DNA of 64,000 bases from Yoonia sp. (GCA_023263855.1 JALQUF010000002.1:2238-66237), one strand, 5' to 3'; positions 19,624 to 30,452 are shown, counted from the stretch's first letter. Notes: generated from the letters alone by a model not told the origin. Program-made: numbers and translations.

Positions 19624-20463
19624 ATGAGCGCAGGATCAAACAACGCACCAACGATCATTAAACGGAAAAAAGTTATTGCAGGTGGCGGCCATCACGGTGG
19701 CGCTTGGAAGGTTGCTTATGCAGATTTTGTAACGGCGATGATGGCCTTTTTTATGCTGATGTGGTTGCTCAACGCGACAACCGAGCAGCAGCGCAAGGGG
19801 ATCGCAGATTACTTTTCGCCAACAATCCCGATCAATCGCGTTTCGGGTGGTGGATCGGGCGCTTTTGGTGGTGACAATATCTTTACCGAAGAAACCCTGG
19901 CCCAAAGCGGCACGGGCATCAGCCAACCCACAATTGGAATGAATCCGGTGCAAAGTGAAAGCGATGCACAGGCAGAGGCCGCCGCCGCCGCGCAGGTGGC
20001 CGCATTGCGCGATATCGAAGACCTTCTTATCGGGCAGGGTGGTGAAAGCATGCTGTCGGATCAGGCTCTCCGCCACATTATCACCCGGCTCACAGATGAA
20101 GGTCTGGTCATCGAGATTTATGATCTGCCGGATGTGACGCTTTTTGTGGGCGATACGGCCGTTCCGAACCCCGTCACTGCCGAAATTGCAGCAATCATGG
20201 CGCGCCTGTTTGAGGTCGTGCGCAATGACGTCGCAATCAAGGGTCATCTAAGCGCAAAGTCACCGCTGCAAGTCGACAACCCCATCTGGGAACTTTCAAC
20301 TGAACGGGCGGCCCAAATGCGCCGGATGCTGCAAAGTGGTGGGCTCGATCCTATGCGCATCGTGCGGCAAACTGGTGCGGGCGACCGCGCACCTGCCGTG
20401 CGGGACGCGACTGCACCGCGCAATAACCGAATTGAGGTCATTCTGCTGCGGTCAGACCTCTGA
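19624..20463 (+). CDS. motB: Flagellar stator protein MotB
   Basis: HHGGAWKVAYADFVTAMMAFF, WELSTERA, NNRIEV. Confidence 0.93.
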   Translation: MSAGSNNAPTIIKRKKVIAGGGHHGGAWKVAYADFVTAMMAFFMLMWLLNATTEQQRKGIADYFSPTIPINRVSGGGSGAFGGDNIFTEETLAQSGTGISQPTIGMNPVQSESDAQAEAAAAAQVAALRDIEDLLIGQGGESMLSDQALRHIITRLTDEGLVIEIYDLPDVTLFVGDTAVPNPVTAEIAAIMARLFEVVRNDVAIKGHLSAKSPLQVDNPIWELSTERAAQMRRMLQSGGLDPMRIVRQTGAGDRAPAVRDATAPRNNRIEVILLRSDL

Positions 20464-20488
20464 TGGTCCAATTGTTCGCATTTTAGAT

Positions 20489-20504
20489 GTTAGGGGGACA
20501 TTAA
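20489..20504. promoter_or_regulatory. CtrA-like box upstream of flgE
   Basis: GTTAG-GGGGACA-TTAA, 7/8 match to TTAA-N7-TTAA. Confidence 0.6.
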
Positions 20505-20566
20505 GGCATGGGCCTTAGAGATGTGGTGAACGCAGTGTCATCTCTGATGCAGAAAGGCTCACCTCT

Positions 20567-21901
20567 ATGACGATTTCTTCTTCTCTGAACGCAAGTGTTG
20601 CTGGCTTGGCAGCAAACGCTTCACGCCTGGCAACGATCTCGGACAACATTTCGAATTCCTCAACCTATGGCTACAAAAGGGCGATCACAGATTTTCAGTC
20701 GATGGTCATTGAAAGCGGACAGGGAACCTATTCTGCTGGCGGTGTGCGTACGACAACATCGCGCCTGATTGATGAACGTGGTGCGCTTGTTTCAACCTCG
20801 AATCCCACAGATTTGGCAGTGCGGGGGCGGGGCATGTTACCTGTCACTTCAGAAACTTCTGTGGCGGTGAACAATGGGGATAACCCACTTTTTCTGACCA
20901 CAACTGGATCGTTCCGGCCTGATGACCAAGGCTATTTGCGATCACCCGGTGGCCTTGTGCTGTTAGGGGTGCCGGCATCGCCGGATGGGACGATCCCAAA
21001 TTATCCACGCGATTCCATTGACGGTCTGGTGCCTGTCCAAATCAACGCCAACCAGTTTGCCGGTGAGGCGACAACGCGGGTCGACCTCTCGGTCAACCTG
21101 CCTGCGACCTCGACGCGTGAGGGGGCCTCCGGCGATAGTGAATCACTGTCTGTGGAATACTTTGACAATCTTGGCGCATCGTCGAACCTTAGCTTCACCT
21201 TCACGCCAACAGTTCCCGCGAATGGTGCGTCAAACGAATGGACCATGGAAATTCGTGACAGTGAATCGGATGCCGACGCAAATGGGATCCCAGATGTTGT
21301 TGGTGAGTATACGTTAACTTTCGATGCGACACGGGGCGGCGGCGGGACACTGGCAAACGTTGATTTCGCCAACCCGGGTGCGCCGATCGGGGGCGCATAT
21401 GATCCTCTAACAGGCGCGCTCAGCATCTCGGTTGATGGTGGTCCAATGGAAATCAACATTGGTGAGTTGGGCAGTTCAATCGGTTTGACCCAATTGTCGG
21501 ACGCCTTTGCGCCTGTTTCAATTTCCAAGAATGGCACACCTGTCGGAAGCTTGACCTCAATCGAGGTTGATCAAAACGGTTTCGTGCGCGCATCCTTTGA
21601 TATCGGGATCAACCGGGTGCTGTACCAGATACCGTTGGTCGATGTGCCGAACGTCAATGGTTTGGAAACCCTTGATCAGCAAAGCTATCGTGTGACACCC
21701 GATAGCGGTTCTTTCTTTCTTTGGGACGCTGGCGATGGGCCGACAGGTGATATCGTCGGTTTCGCACGCGAAGAATCCGCCACCGATGTCGCTGGCGAAT
21801 TGACCGAGCTGATTCAAACGCAGCGGGCTTATTCCTCAAACGCGAAGGTTATCCAAACTGTTGATGAGATGCTGCAAGAGACCACAAATATCAAACGCTA
21901 A
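20567..21901 (+). CDS. flgE: Flagellar hook protein FlgE
   Basis: ISDNISNSSTYGYK, TDLAVRGRG, ELTELIQTQRAYSSNAKVI. Confidence 0.93.
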   Translation: MTISSSLNASVAGLAANASRLATISDNISNSSTYGYKRAITDFQSMVIESGQGTYSAGGVRTTTSRLIDERGALVSTSNPTDLAVRGRGMLPVTSETSVAVNNGDNPLFLTTTGSFRPDDQGYLRSPGGLVLLGVPASPDGTIPNYPRDSIDGLVPVQINANQFAGEATTRVDLSVNLPATSTREGASGDSESLSVEYFDNLGASSNLSFTFTPTVPANGASNEWTMEIRDSESDADANGIPDVVGEYTLTFDATRGGGGTLANVDFANPGAPIGGAYDPLTGALSISVDGGPMEINIGELGSSIGLTQLSDAFAPVSISKNGTPVGSLTSIEVDQNGFVRASFDIGINRVLYQIPLVDVPNVNGLETLDQQSYRVTPDSGSFFLWDAGDGPTGDIVGFAREESATDVAGELTELIQTQRAYSSNAKVIQTVDEMLQETTNIKR

Positions 21902-21922
21902 GCTGGACCGGAGTACCCTGAT

Positions 21923-23371
21923 ATGAGCATGTCGAGCGCACTCAATAATGCTGTGACCGGTCTGACATCAACTGCGCGCATGGCAGAAGTTGTGTCTTCA
22001 AATCTCTCAAACGCGCTGACAGACGGGTATGGCCGCAGGTCCGTCGCATTGTCGTCGGTCCAGGTTGGCGATCGTGGTGGCGGTGTCCGTATTGATGCAA
22101 TCAATCGTTTTGTTGATGCAGGATTACTGGCAGACCGCCGATTGGCAGACGCCGCTCTGGGTGGTCAAGAACGCAGTGCGAATATGATGCTGCGCTTGGA
22201 ACAAGCCATCGGCGGTCCAGACGATGCCGCTGGGCTTGGTGCGAGACTAGCCGAATTTGAACGCGCATTGATCACTGCAAGCAGTGATCCTGCGTCGGAG
22301 CTACGATTGGCTACAGTCGTATCGCGTCTGCAGGATGTGACAAATACACTTCAGTCCAACAGCAAAAGTATTCAATCACTTCGACAAGAAGCCGATGCGG
22401 CTATCGCCCGTGATGTCGTCGTGTTGAACGCTGCGCTACAACAGGTCGATGCGTTGAATGCCGATATCTTGAGGATCAATGGCTCGGGCAATGATCCTTC
22501 GTCGCTGCTTGATGCGCGCCAACGCGCGGTGGATCAAATCGCAGAAATTGTACCCGTTCGTGAGGTGGCGCGAAGCAACGGGACTATTGGTCTTTTGACG
22601 ACAAATGGTACGCCACTTCTGGATCTTGGTCCGCGTGAATTCGGATTTCAGCGCACGCCTACGATTACCGCAGACATGACTTTGGCAAGTGGCGCCCTAG
22701 GTGGGATTACTGTAGATGGAAATGTTCTGGATCCCGCCTCTGGCATAGGTCGGCTGGACGGGGGCTCTTTGGGTGCAGCGTTTGCGTTACGAGATCAGTC
22801 ACTGGTCGAAGCACAGACCTCACTTGATCAAATCGCCGCAGATTTGATCGCGCGTTTTCAAGATAGTGCAAACGACCCATCTTTGGCGCCTGGTGATCTG
22901 GGATTGTTGACGGACCAAGGCAGTGTGCTGGACGCGGCTGATTTGCCGGGCCTAGCAGGCCGCATCGCAGTGAACATTGATCTGATCCCCAGCGAAGGTG
23001 GACAGCCCACATTATTGCGCGATGGCTTAAATACCGCCGCTGCCGGCCCTGCAGGTGACGCGACGCAACTTGATCGTTGGATTGCAGCATTGGCCACATC
23101 GCGGTCGGATGTGGCTGGAATGGAAACAGTTTCGGCACCTGGACGCATTGCAAACTATATTTCACAGGTCGGTTCCACGCGATTGATGGCGCAAGAACAA
23201 CTCAGTTTTACCACCGCCCGATGGGATACCCTGCGTGAAGCTGAACTTGCGGATGGTGTCGATACGGATGTTGAACTGCAACGGCTGCTTCAGATTGAAC
23301 AGGCCTATGCCGCCAACGCCAAGGTTATCCAAACTGTCGACTTTATGATGCAACGATTGATGGAGCTTTAG
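21923..23371 (+). CDS. flgK: Hook-associated protein FlgK
   Basis: SSNLSNALTDGYGRR, LLDARQ, GVDTDVELQRLLQIEQAYAANAKVI. Confidence 0.92.
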   Translation: MSMSSALNNAVTGLTSTARMAEVVSSNLSNALTDGYGRRSVALSSVQVGDRGGGVRIDAINRFVDAGLLADRRLADAALGGQERSANMMLRLEQAIGGPDDAAGLGARLAEFERALITASSDPASELRLATVVSRLQDVTNTLQSNSKSIQSLRQEADAAIARDVVVLNAALQQVDALNADILRINGSGNDPSSLLDARQRAVDQIAEIVPVREVARSNGTIGLLTTNGTPLLDLGPREFGFQRTPTITADMTLASGALGGITVDGNVLDPASGIGRLDGGSLGAAFALRDQSLVEAQTSLDQIAADLIARFQDSANDPSLAPGDLGLLTDQGSVLDAADLPGLAGRIAVNIDLIPSEGGQPTLLRDGLNTAAAGPAGDATQLDRWIAALATSRSDVAGMETVSAPGRIANYISQVGSTRLMAQEQLSFTTARWDTLREAELADGVDTDVELQRLLQIEQAYAANAKVIQTVDFMMQRLMEL

Positions 23372-24376
23372 ATGTCGACAATTTCATTGGGCGATATGGC
23401 CCAGCAGTTCACATCCTTGCGCAATGGCAATGCTATCAAGACCGAGCTTTTCCAGCTGACCAACAGTCTGTCCACTGGTCAGGTTTCCGACCTTACCCAA
23501 AGTCTGAGAGGTGAAACAACACGTTTTTCAGGGCTGCAATATAGCCTTACGCAATTGGATGGATATCGTCAGGTTGCCTCTGAGACACAACAAACGCTTG
23601 CAAATACACAGATAATCCTAGGCAAAGTGGATAGTACGCGCAGTGCAATTGCCGAACGCCTTCTCTTGGTGAGCGACAGCAGCACCACCGCCCAGATCGA
23701 CGAGGCAGCACGTGCATCGCGATCGGGTTTTCAAGAGATCGTATCTACTCTGAACACACGGATTGCCGATCGCGCATTCATGGGCGGCAATCGTGTTAGC
23801 TCTGATCCATTGGCCGCGCCAGACGCGATGATGGCTGACATTCGCACTGCAATTGGCGCTTCGGTAGATCCTGCGACTATTGGCGCCATAGTAGACGACT
23901 GGTTTAACGATCCGGCGGGCGGGTTCGCTAGTAGTGGATACCTTGGGGATACTGGCGCCCCAACTAAACGACAGGTGGCGGAAAACACTTCAATCTCGGT
24001 TGATGCACGCGCCGATGATCCTGCTATTAAACAGGTATTACAGGGTGCTGTTCTCGCTACACTTGCAGGTAACCTGCCCGGGTTGGATCGAGAGGGCAAG
24101 ATTGCGCTGCTCCAAGATTCAGCCTCTCAGCTTTATGGTGCGGCAAGTGGTCTGGTCGCTGTTCAGGCCCGTGTTGGCTTTGCAGAAGAGGGCGCAACCA
24201 GAGCACTGGCGGAAACGACCGCGCAGCAGACATCACTCCGGTTAGTTGAGAATGATCTCGCTCTGGCGGATCCCTTTGAGACAGCGACACGGTTGCAGGC
24301 CACACAACAACAGCTTGAAACTTTTTTTAGCCTGACGGCAAGAATGTCGCAGCTTAGCTTGCTACGGTTCATCTGA
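23372..24376 (+). CDS. flgL: Hook-associated protein FlgL (flagellin-like)
   Basis: Position between flgK and flgI; ADPFETATRLQATQQQLE...LSLLRFI C-terminus. Confidence 0.85.
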   Translation: MSTISLGDMAQQFTSLRNGNAIKTELFQLTNSLSTGQVSDLTQSLRGETTRFSGLQYSLTQLDGYRQVASETQQTLANTQIILGKVDSTRSAIAERLLLVSDSSTTAQIDEAARASRSGFQEIVSTLNTRIADRAFMGGNRVSSDPLAAPDAMMADIRTAIGASVDPATIGAIVDDWFNDPAGGFASSGYLGDTGAPTKRQVAENTSISVDARADDPAIKQVLQGAVLATLAGNLPGLDREGKIALLQDSASQLYGAASGLVAVQARVGFAEEGATRALAETTAQQTSLRLVENDLALADPFETATRLQATQQQLETFFSLTARMSQLSLLRFI

Positions 24377-25483
24377 ATGAGAATCCTTCAACTGATATGC
24401 GTCATTCTGACGTTGGTGCTGCCGGCAATTGCTGCGGCCAACCCTATCCGGATCAAGGATCTGGTAGAGTTCGATGGGGTGAGATCCAACGATTTGGTCG
24501 GCTACGGTTTGGTCGTGGGTCTGAACGGAACAGGTGACGGCCTACGTAATTCGCCGTTCACTGAAGACATCTTGGGGAATGTACTCGAACGCCTTGGCGT
24601 TAATGTCACCGGAGAACAATTTCGGCCGAACAATGTTGCGGCGGTGTTAGTGACCGGTTCATTGCCACCGTTTGCACGGGCCGGCAGTGCCTTGGATGTC
24701 ACGGTCTCAGCCATTGGTGATGCCAACAGTCTGTTGGGGGGAACGCTTATAATGACCCCAATGAAAGCCGCTGACGGTGATATCTACGCGGTTGCCCAAG
24801 GAACAATCATTGCAGGAGGAGCAGCGGCTGCTGGTGACGGCGCTGCCGTTATCCAAGGTGTCCCGACATCGGGTGTCATTCCGTCGGGGGCAACGATCGA
24901 ACGTGAAGTCGCCTTCGATTTTTCTGCGCTGACCACAGTAAGAATGGCGCTGCGCACGCCCGATTTTACGACGGCCGGTCGCATTGAGCGGGCCATCAAT
25001 GCGGAATTTGCAAATACCGTCGCTGTGATGCTTGATGCTGGCACTGTTGAGTTGAATATTCATGCGACCAGAATGCGCTCGCCTGCGCATGCACTGGGCC
25101 GGGTTGAAAACATTCTGGTCGAGCCCGAACGCCGGGCGCGGGTTGTGGTCGATCAACGATCCGGCACCATCGTCATGGGGGAGGATGTTCGGATCAGTCG
25201 TGTGGCTGTGAGCCAAGGCAATCTGACCCTTCGGATCCAGGAAGCACCGTTGGTCGCCCAACCAAATCCTTTCGCCGATGGCGAAACGGTTGTTGTACCC
25301 AGAACCGACGTCGACATTATTGAGGAGCCAGGCATCGGACTCGCGGAGATCAGCGGTGGTACCTCACTGAGTGAGGTGGTTGCAGGCTTGAACGCGCTAG
25401 GTGTGGCCCCACGGGACATGATCGACATTCTTAAAAGCATCAAGGCGAGCGGTGCTCTGCACGCAGAGTTCATTGTGCGCTAG
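24377..25483 (+). CDS. flgI: Flagellar P-ring protein FlgI
   Basis: RIKDL..NDLVGYGLVVGLNGTGD, NVAAVLVT, ASGALHAE. Confidence 0.95.
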   Translation: MRILQLICVILTLVLPAIAAANPIRIKDLVEFDGVRSNDLVGYGLVVGLNGTGDGLRNSPFTEDILGNVLERLGVNVTGEQFRPNNVAAVLVTGSLPPFARAGSALDVTVSAIGDANSLLGGTLIMTPMKAADGDIYAVAQGTIIAGGAAAAGDGAAVIQGVPTSGVIPSGATIEREVAFDFSALTTVRMALRTPDFTTAGRIERAINAEFANTVAVMLDAGTVELNIHATRMRSPAHALGRVENILVEPERRARVVVDQRSGTIVMGEDVRISRVAVSQGNLTLRIQEAPLVAQPNPFADGETVVVPRTDVDIIEEPGIGLAEISGGTSLSEVVAGLNALGVAPRDMIDILKSIKASGALHAEFIVR

Positions 25484-25744
25484 TTGCTGTTTGCATTGTC
25501 TGTGCGAGGTTAAGCTGAAATCTGACCCGGTGCTATAAAAGGCTGTCCTACAAAAAAGGTCCGCGCGTTTGTCACGCACCATATGAATTATTCTGTATTG
25601 GCTGCACGTATTGAAAGCCAAGTTCGGTGCCACCAATTGTCGGAGCTAGCGGATTTCTTGTTACAGGGCGTGCGTGTTTGTTCGTTGTGGTGCAATCGGT
25701 GACTGGATGAAGGCTACGCTGCATTTTGCGCCTAACTCTTCAGG

Positions 25745-26479
25745 TTATCCTACGCCATACCCGTTCACCAAGCTGGTCGCGATCAGGGTCCAGCCATCCG
25801 CAACCACAAAAAACGCCAGCTTGAACGGTAATGATACGATAGCGGGGGGCACCATCATCATACCCATCGACATCAGAACTGCAGCGACAACGAGGTCAAT
25901 AATCAAAAATGGTAGGAAAATCAGAAATCCTACCTGAAAGGCCCGCTCCATTTCGCTCAACAGGAATGAAGGTACAACAATTGATAAAGGCGCGTCCACA
26001 ATTGGCAAATCACGGATGATGTCAGGGCGCAGGTCCGAAAGAGCCATGAATGTGTCCGGGGCAATACGCGATGCCATGAATGTTCGAAGTGGCCCCATTG
26101 TTTGGACAAAGGCTTCTTCCAATGCCATCTGCCCCTGAATAAGAGGATCGATACCGCTGGACCAAGCCGCTTGGAAAACAGGTTCCATGACGAAATATGT
26201 CAGGAAGAGTGCGAGGCTTACGATCAGCATGTTGGGGGGCGATTGTTGCAGGCCAATCGCCTGGCGCAGAATGGCGAAAACTGTGACGATGAAAGGAAAG
26301 CATGTCACCATGATAGCGATACCCGGCACGAGGCTGAGCACGGTGATGAGCAATAGCAGCTGAACCGAGCGTGTTGCCAAAGAGCCTTCATCACCAAAGG
26401 TGATGGATACCTCTTGCGCCGTGGCTGTGTTGGTCAGTGCCAGTAGTACAACGGCGGCAGTGATCAATCCTCTTATCAT
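25745..26479 (-). CDS. fliP: Flagellar export pore protein FliP
   Basis: LRQAIGLQQSPPN, AFQVGFLIFLPFLIIDLVVA, GMMMVPP, LPFKLAFFV. Confidence 0.95.
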   Translation of the reverse strand: MIRGLITAAVVLLALTNTATAQEVSITFGDEGSLATRSVQLLLLITVLSLVPGIAIMVTCFPFIVTVFAILRQAIGLQQSPPNMLIVSLALFLTYFVMEPVFQAAWSSGIDPLIQGQMALEEAFVQTMGPLRTFMASRIAPDTFMALSDLRPDIIRDLPIVDAPLSIVVPSFLLSEMERAFQVGFLIFLPFLIIDLVVAAVLMSMGMMMVPPAIVSLPFKLAFFVVADGWTLIATSLVNGYGVG

Positions 26480-26480
26480 G

Positions 26481-26765
26481 TCAGGATAGGTCACCTTTAT
26501 CGTGCGCAACTTCGGTCAATCGGACAGCAAGTTGGCCAGGTTCCACCCCGTCGGCCTCTTGCAATTCACCGCGCGCGATCAGCCGATCGCCAATATAAAG
26601 TTCGACCGGATCTTCAATCTTGCTGTCGAGTGGCAGGATTGCATTTTCACCCAGCTTCAGCAGGTCACGAACCAATGGGCGCGCTTTGCCGACGGTCACG
26701 GAAACTTCGATTGGAATGTTGTTCAGCGGGTGTGTTTTGTCTGGATTCTCAATTGGGTTTTCCAA
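26481..26765 (-). CDS. fliN: Flagellar motor switch protein FliN
   Basis: IPIEVSVTVG, PVELYIGDRLIARGEL, LAVRLTE; TTG start after AGGAG. Confidence 0.85.
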   Translation of the reverse strand: MENPIENPDKTHPLNNIPIEVSVTVGKARPLVRDLLKLGENAILPLDSKIEDPVELYIGDRLIARGELQEADGVEPGQLAVRLTEVAHDKGDLS

Positions 26766-27315
26766 GTGTATCGCTCCTGGTTTGAATGAAGTTAACGGAC
26801 GAGAGGATTTCTCGAATTTCGTCGATGAGGTGATCACAATCGATATGCAGGGCGCCTGTGTCGTGGTGAATCCATGCTTCATGCAGTTGCAGCGCAGAGT
26901 CAGATGACACTTGAATACCGACTGAAGCCGCCGACAGTGCTGTAATGACTGCATCAGACTGGCTTGGATGAATGCAGAGACTGAATTCTGACGAACAGCT
27001 CTGTGAAGAGGTATTTAGAAGGACTGCGACGATCTGTTCGGGAAACCCATCTTCAATCAATTGGGGAAAGACCTTGCTTACCAGTGCGGCAAAGAGCGGG
27101 CCCATTGCCTGCGCAATCGCGCCTTTGGCTTCGTCAAATTTGAACTCCAAATCGGCAACGGTTTGTACGAGCTCGTGTGCGAGATTAGCTTGATCATCTT
27201 TGGCGGCAGAAAGCCCAGCTTGGTAGCCTTCGGCAAAGCCCTTCTCGAACCCAGCATCAGGTGTGACAGCGGGCGGGGTGTCGCTTTCGAATGACTCAAG
27301 CATCACCTTTCGCAT
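26749..27315 (-). CDS. FliH-like flagellar assembly protein
   Basis: FEKGFAEGYQAG GxxxG repeat, position between fliF and fliN. Confidence 0.7.
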   Translation of the reverse strand: MRKVMLESFESDTPPAVTPDAGFEKGFAEGYQAGLSAAKDDQANLAHELVQTVADLEFKFDEAKGAIAQAMGPLFAALVSKVFPQLIEDGFPEQIVAVLLNTSSQSCSSEFSLCIHPSQSDAVITALSAASVGIQVSSDSALQLHEAWIHHDTGALHIDCDHLIDEIREILSSVNFIQTRSDTLGKPN

Positions 27316-27318
27316 CAG

Positions 27319-28893
27319 TTAAGTACTCGCCTTTGATGCGGGTTCTTCAATCCAGTCCTGCAACACTTGCAGCGTTTCTGGCTGGCGGTTCGCAATGATG
27401 CGTTTGAGCCGCGCCACTGGATCATCCTCTCCACTGTCCAATGGATCGGACTCGATGAAATCGCCTAGTGCGCCGTCACCCATTGCCATGGCCATCGGCG
27501 GGTTCAGCTCCATTGTCTCGGCTTGGTCTTCGATCACCAGTGGGGTAAATTGCGCACTTGCCGATGTCAGGATCGGCCGCACCACAAAGAGACCCAAGAT
27601 AAGCGCGACAGCGGCCAATACGCCAATTTGAATCAATTGCATCATATCCAGGGGCAAACTGGCAGGGGCAGCAGCAGCTGTGCCCGCAGGCACGAAGGGT
27701 TCAAATGGCATTGCGCGAAGCGTTAGGACATCGCCACGTGCTGGGTCCAACCCCACTGCTGAGGCGACGAGTTCTTCCAGCGCGGCAAGCTCTTCGGCTG
27801 TGCGGGGGATCGTCGTTGTCGTGCCATCAGCGGCCGTTTCAACCAAATCATTCACCAAGACAGCGACAGTCAGGCGCTTAATGGCGCCAGGTGCTTTGGT
27901 GAGCTGACGTTCTGTCTGAGAAACTTCGTAGTTCGTTAACGTGCGACTTTCGCTGTTTTCGTTGCTTGCGCTGCCGCTATTCGATCCTGCATCGCCGTCG
28001 GGCAGGTTCGATGCTACGGTGACGTCCCCCCCCCGGCTATCAACCGAATTTCCAGAGCTTTCGGTTACATCAGTGCTGATCGCGATTCGGCTGTCCGGGT
28101 CGACACGCCGCTCGGTGATCATTTCGGTTTCAGTTACTTGGTCGATCGATACTTCAACAACGGCATTTCCCGTCCCTACCCTGGCGGCCAAAAGGCGTTC
28201 TGCGCGTTGCCTAAGGTTCTCGGCATGTTCGTCCCCAATTGCGCGTGTTTGACCAGAATCGCTTTCGGACAAAAGCCCACCATCATCGTCGATCACGGCA
28301 ACATCTTCTGACTCCAGTCCCGGGACCGCCGCGCTGATCAGAAACTGCAGAGCCTTTAGATGCTGGGCCGAAATCGTTCCGCCCATTGTCGTGACGGTAA
28401 CTGCTGCGGTCTGGCTGGCCTCGCGCTGAAAGGGGCGTTGCGATGGTGTGGAAATGTGGACGCGGGCGGCCCGAATATGCGGGCTGGCGACGATCGTACG
28501 CGCCAGTTCACCTTCCTTTGCACGCCAATAGGCTGCGTCAAACATCTGGGATGTCGTGCTGAAACCTGACAGGGAATCAAGCAATTCGTAGCCTTGGCTT
28601 CCTGTCGCCGGTAGCCCCTGTCCGGCAAGGGTCATGCGCAGCGAATCGCGCTGTGCAGTTGGCACATAAATTGCATTTCCTCTGACCTCATACGCCACCC
28701 CCTGCTGGTCAAGCGCAGCAATGACATCCCCCGCTGCCCGTGCCTCTAACCCGCCAAACAGCAACGACGTGTCTTTGGTGCTGGCCCCGCGCGCAAGCAT
28801 CAAGATGGTAAGAAAAACGGTCACAGTGACAGCAATCACAACGATCCGCCGTTGGATGCTGAGTGCAGACCAAACGTTGCCAAGATTTTCCAA
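27319..28893 (-). CDS. fliF: Flagellar M-ring protein FliF
   Basis: GYELLD, AKEGELARTI, ARVHI, NYEVS, IKRLTVAVLV. Confidence 0.95.
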   Translation of the reverse strand: MENLGNVWSALSIQRRIVVIAVTVTVFLTILMLARGASTKDTSLLFGGLEARAAGDVIAALDQQGVAYEVRGNAIYVPTAQRDSLRMTLAGQGLPATGSQGYELLDSLSGFSTTSQMFDAAYWRAKEGELARTIVASPHIRAARVHISTPSQRPFQREASQTAAVTVTTMGGTISAQHLKALQFLISAAVPGLESEDVAVIDDDGGLLSESDSGQTRAIGDEHAENLRQRAERLLAARVGTGNAVVEVSIDQVTETEMITERRVDPDSRIAISTDVTESSGNSVDSRGGDVTVASNLPDGDAGSNSGSASNENSESRTLTNYEVSQTERQLTKAPGAIKRLTVAVLVNDLVETAADGTTTTIPRTAEELAALEELVASAVGLDPARGDVLTLRAMPFEPFVPAGTAAAAPASLPLDMMQLIQIGVLAAVALILGLFVVRPILTSASAQFTPLVIEDQAETMELNPPMAMAMGDGALGDFIESDPLDSGEDDPVARLKRIIANRQPETLQVLQDWIEEPASKAST

Positions 28894-28950
28894 GTTGGGT
28901 TCTCCATCCGATTGGCATTCTGCCGTTGCCTTAGGTTTGGACCATGAGAC

Positions 28951-28965
28951 TTAACAATCGGTTAG
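28951..28965. promoter_or_regulatory. CtrA-like box between divergent fliF and fliL
   Basis: TTAA-CAATCGG-TTAG. Confidence 0.65.
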
Positions 28966-29012
28966 GGCTTTGTGGTTTATTGACGGATCAACAAATTTGC
29001 CGGAGGCCACGC

Positions 29013-29507
29013 ATGACCGCAAGTTCTGATGTTGAGGAAAACGCACCACGAAAGGCGTCGAAACTGCCTGTTCTGCTGGGGTTAGTCCTTGCCATTATCG
29101 GTGCTGGTGGAGGATTTTTTGCAGTGCAGACCGATATTTTTGGGGCCAGTACTGACTCCGAAAGCACGGGGGATGATGCAGCTGCGCTTGATGCCAATGA
29201 CACACCGGCTGTCTCTTTTGTTGCGATTGACCCGCTTGTGATTTCGCTGCCCCATGCGGGTGGTCGTGATCATCTGCGATTTGCGGCACAACTCGAAGTG
29301 CCGCCCGCCTATGCTGCCGAGGTTGAGGCGATCAAGCCGCGCATTATTGATGTGCTGAACGGGTACCTTCGGGCGATTGAGATCGCATCACTGGAAGACC
29401 CTGCCACACTCACGCGTTTGCGCGCGCAGATGCTGCGGCGCATTCAGGTTGTCAGTGGTCCCGGTCGGGTCACTGACCTTCTCATCATGGAATTTGTTTT
29501 AAGCTAG
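29013..29507 (+). CDS. fliL: Flagellar basal body-associated FliL
   Basis: TM with GGGFF, PLVISL, PRIIDVLNGYLR, LLIMEFVL. Confidence 0.85.
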   Translation: MTASSDVEENAPRKASKLPVLLGLVLAIIGAGGGFFAVQTDIFGASTDSESTGDDAAALDANDTPAVSFVAIDPLVISLPHAGGRDHLRFAAQLEVPPAYAAEVEAIKPRIIDVLNGYLRAIEIASLEDPATLTRLRAQMLRRIQVVSGPGRVTDLLIMEFVLS

Positions 29508-29520
29508 AAAGGCGCGTTTG

Positions 29521-29877
29521 ATGACAATGATTGCCGATATCTTGTTGGTTGCCGGTGCACTGGGTGCTGCGCTTTATTGCTATGTGCTATCGCGTCGCTT
29601 GCGTCGTTTTACGGACCTAGAAAAGGGTGTCGGTGGGGCTGTTGCCGTGCTGTCAGTGCAAGTTGATGATCTGACTGACATCTTGAACAAGGCACAGACA
29701 ACGGCAAAAGCCTCTGTTGACCAATTGGATGCAGTCAGCGCGCGCGCAGAGGCCGCACAGCGCAAATTGGAGCTTTCGATCGCATCCATACACGACGTAC
29801 CAGAGCCTGCCCAGCCAAGCATTGCAGAAAGCCCTTTCTTTGTACGACGGGCCGCAGATGTGAACGCGAAATCATGA
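29521..29877 (+). CDS. Conserved flagellar-cluster membrane protein with coiled coil
   Basis: N-terminal TM (YCYVLSRRL), in fliL-motE operon. Confidence 0.7.
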   Translation: MTMIADILLVAGALGAALYCYVLSRRLRRFTDLEKGVGGAVAVLSVQVDDLTDILNKAQTTAKASVDQLDAVSARAEAAQRKLELSIASIHDVPEPAQPSIAESPFFVRRAADVNAKS

Positions 29878-30452
29878 AGCAGCGGAAAAAGAGAAAACGC
29901 CAATTTGGCGCGCTGCACATCATTACGGCTTTGCTCATTGCGTCCGCTGTATTGCGCCTTGGCTCTGAGGTTGCACCTGCAATGGCAAATGAGGCCGCGC
30001 CAGATTTGCCAGAACCGGAAACACCAACGCAGCAAATCGGAGAGACGGATTCTCTTTTGGCTGCTTTGCAAGTAAGAGAAGTGAGGCTGGCTGAACGTGA
30101 AGAGCAACTTAACAATCGCATGTCCGTGTTGCAGACAGCCGAGCAAGAAGTTGAAGAAAAACTGCAAGCGTTGATTGAAGCAGAAGCGCAACTGCGCGCA
30201 ACGATCGCTATCGCAGATACGGCAGCTGATAGTGATCTGGCACAGCTTACAACGGTCTATGAGAATATGAAGCCGAAGGAGGCTGCAGATTTGTTCGCGC
30301 AAATGCCGCCCCAATTTGCTGCAGGGTTTCTTGGCCTGATGCGGCCCGACGCTGCTGCGCTCATTATGACAGAGCTAGAACCAGAGATTGCCTATTCATT
30401 CAGCGTCGTTCTTGCTGGTCGCAATGCTGACGTTCCCACAAATGGGCGCTGA
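29874..30452 (+). CDS. MotE-family protein
   Basis: Coiled coil then VYENMKPKEAA..F..M (MgtE-N-like). Confidence 0.78.
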   Translation: MKQRKKRKRQFGALHIITALLIASAVLRLGSEVAPAMANEAAPDLPEPETPTQQIGETDSLLAALQVREVRLAEREEQLNNRMSVLQTAEQEVEEKLQALIEAEAQLRATIAIADTAADSDLAQLTTVYENMKPKEAADLFAQMPPQFAAGFLGLMRPDAAALIMTELEPEIAYSFSVVLAGRNADVPTNGR

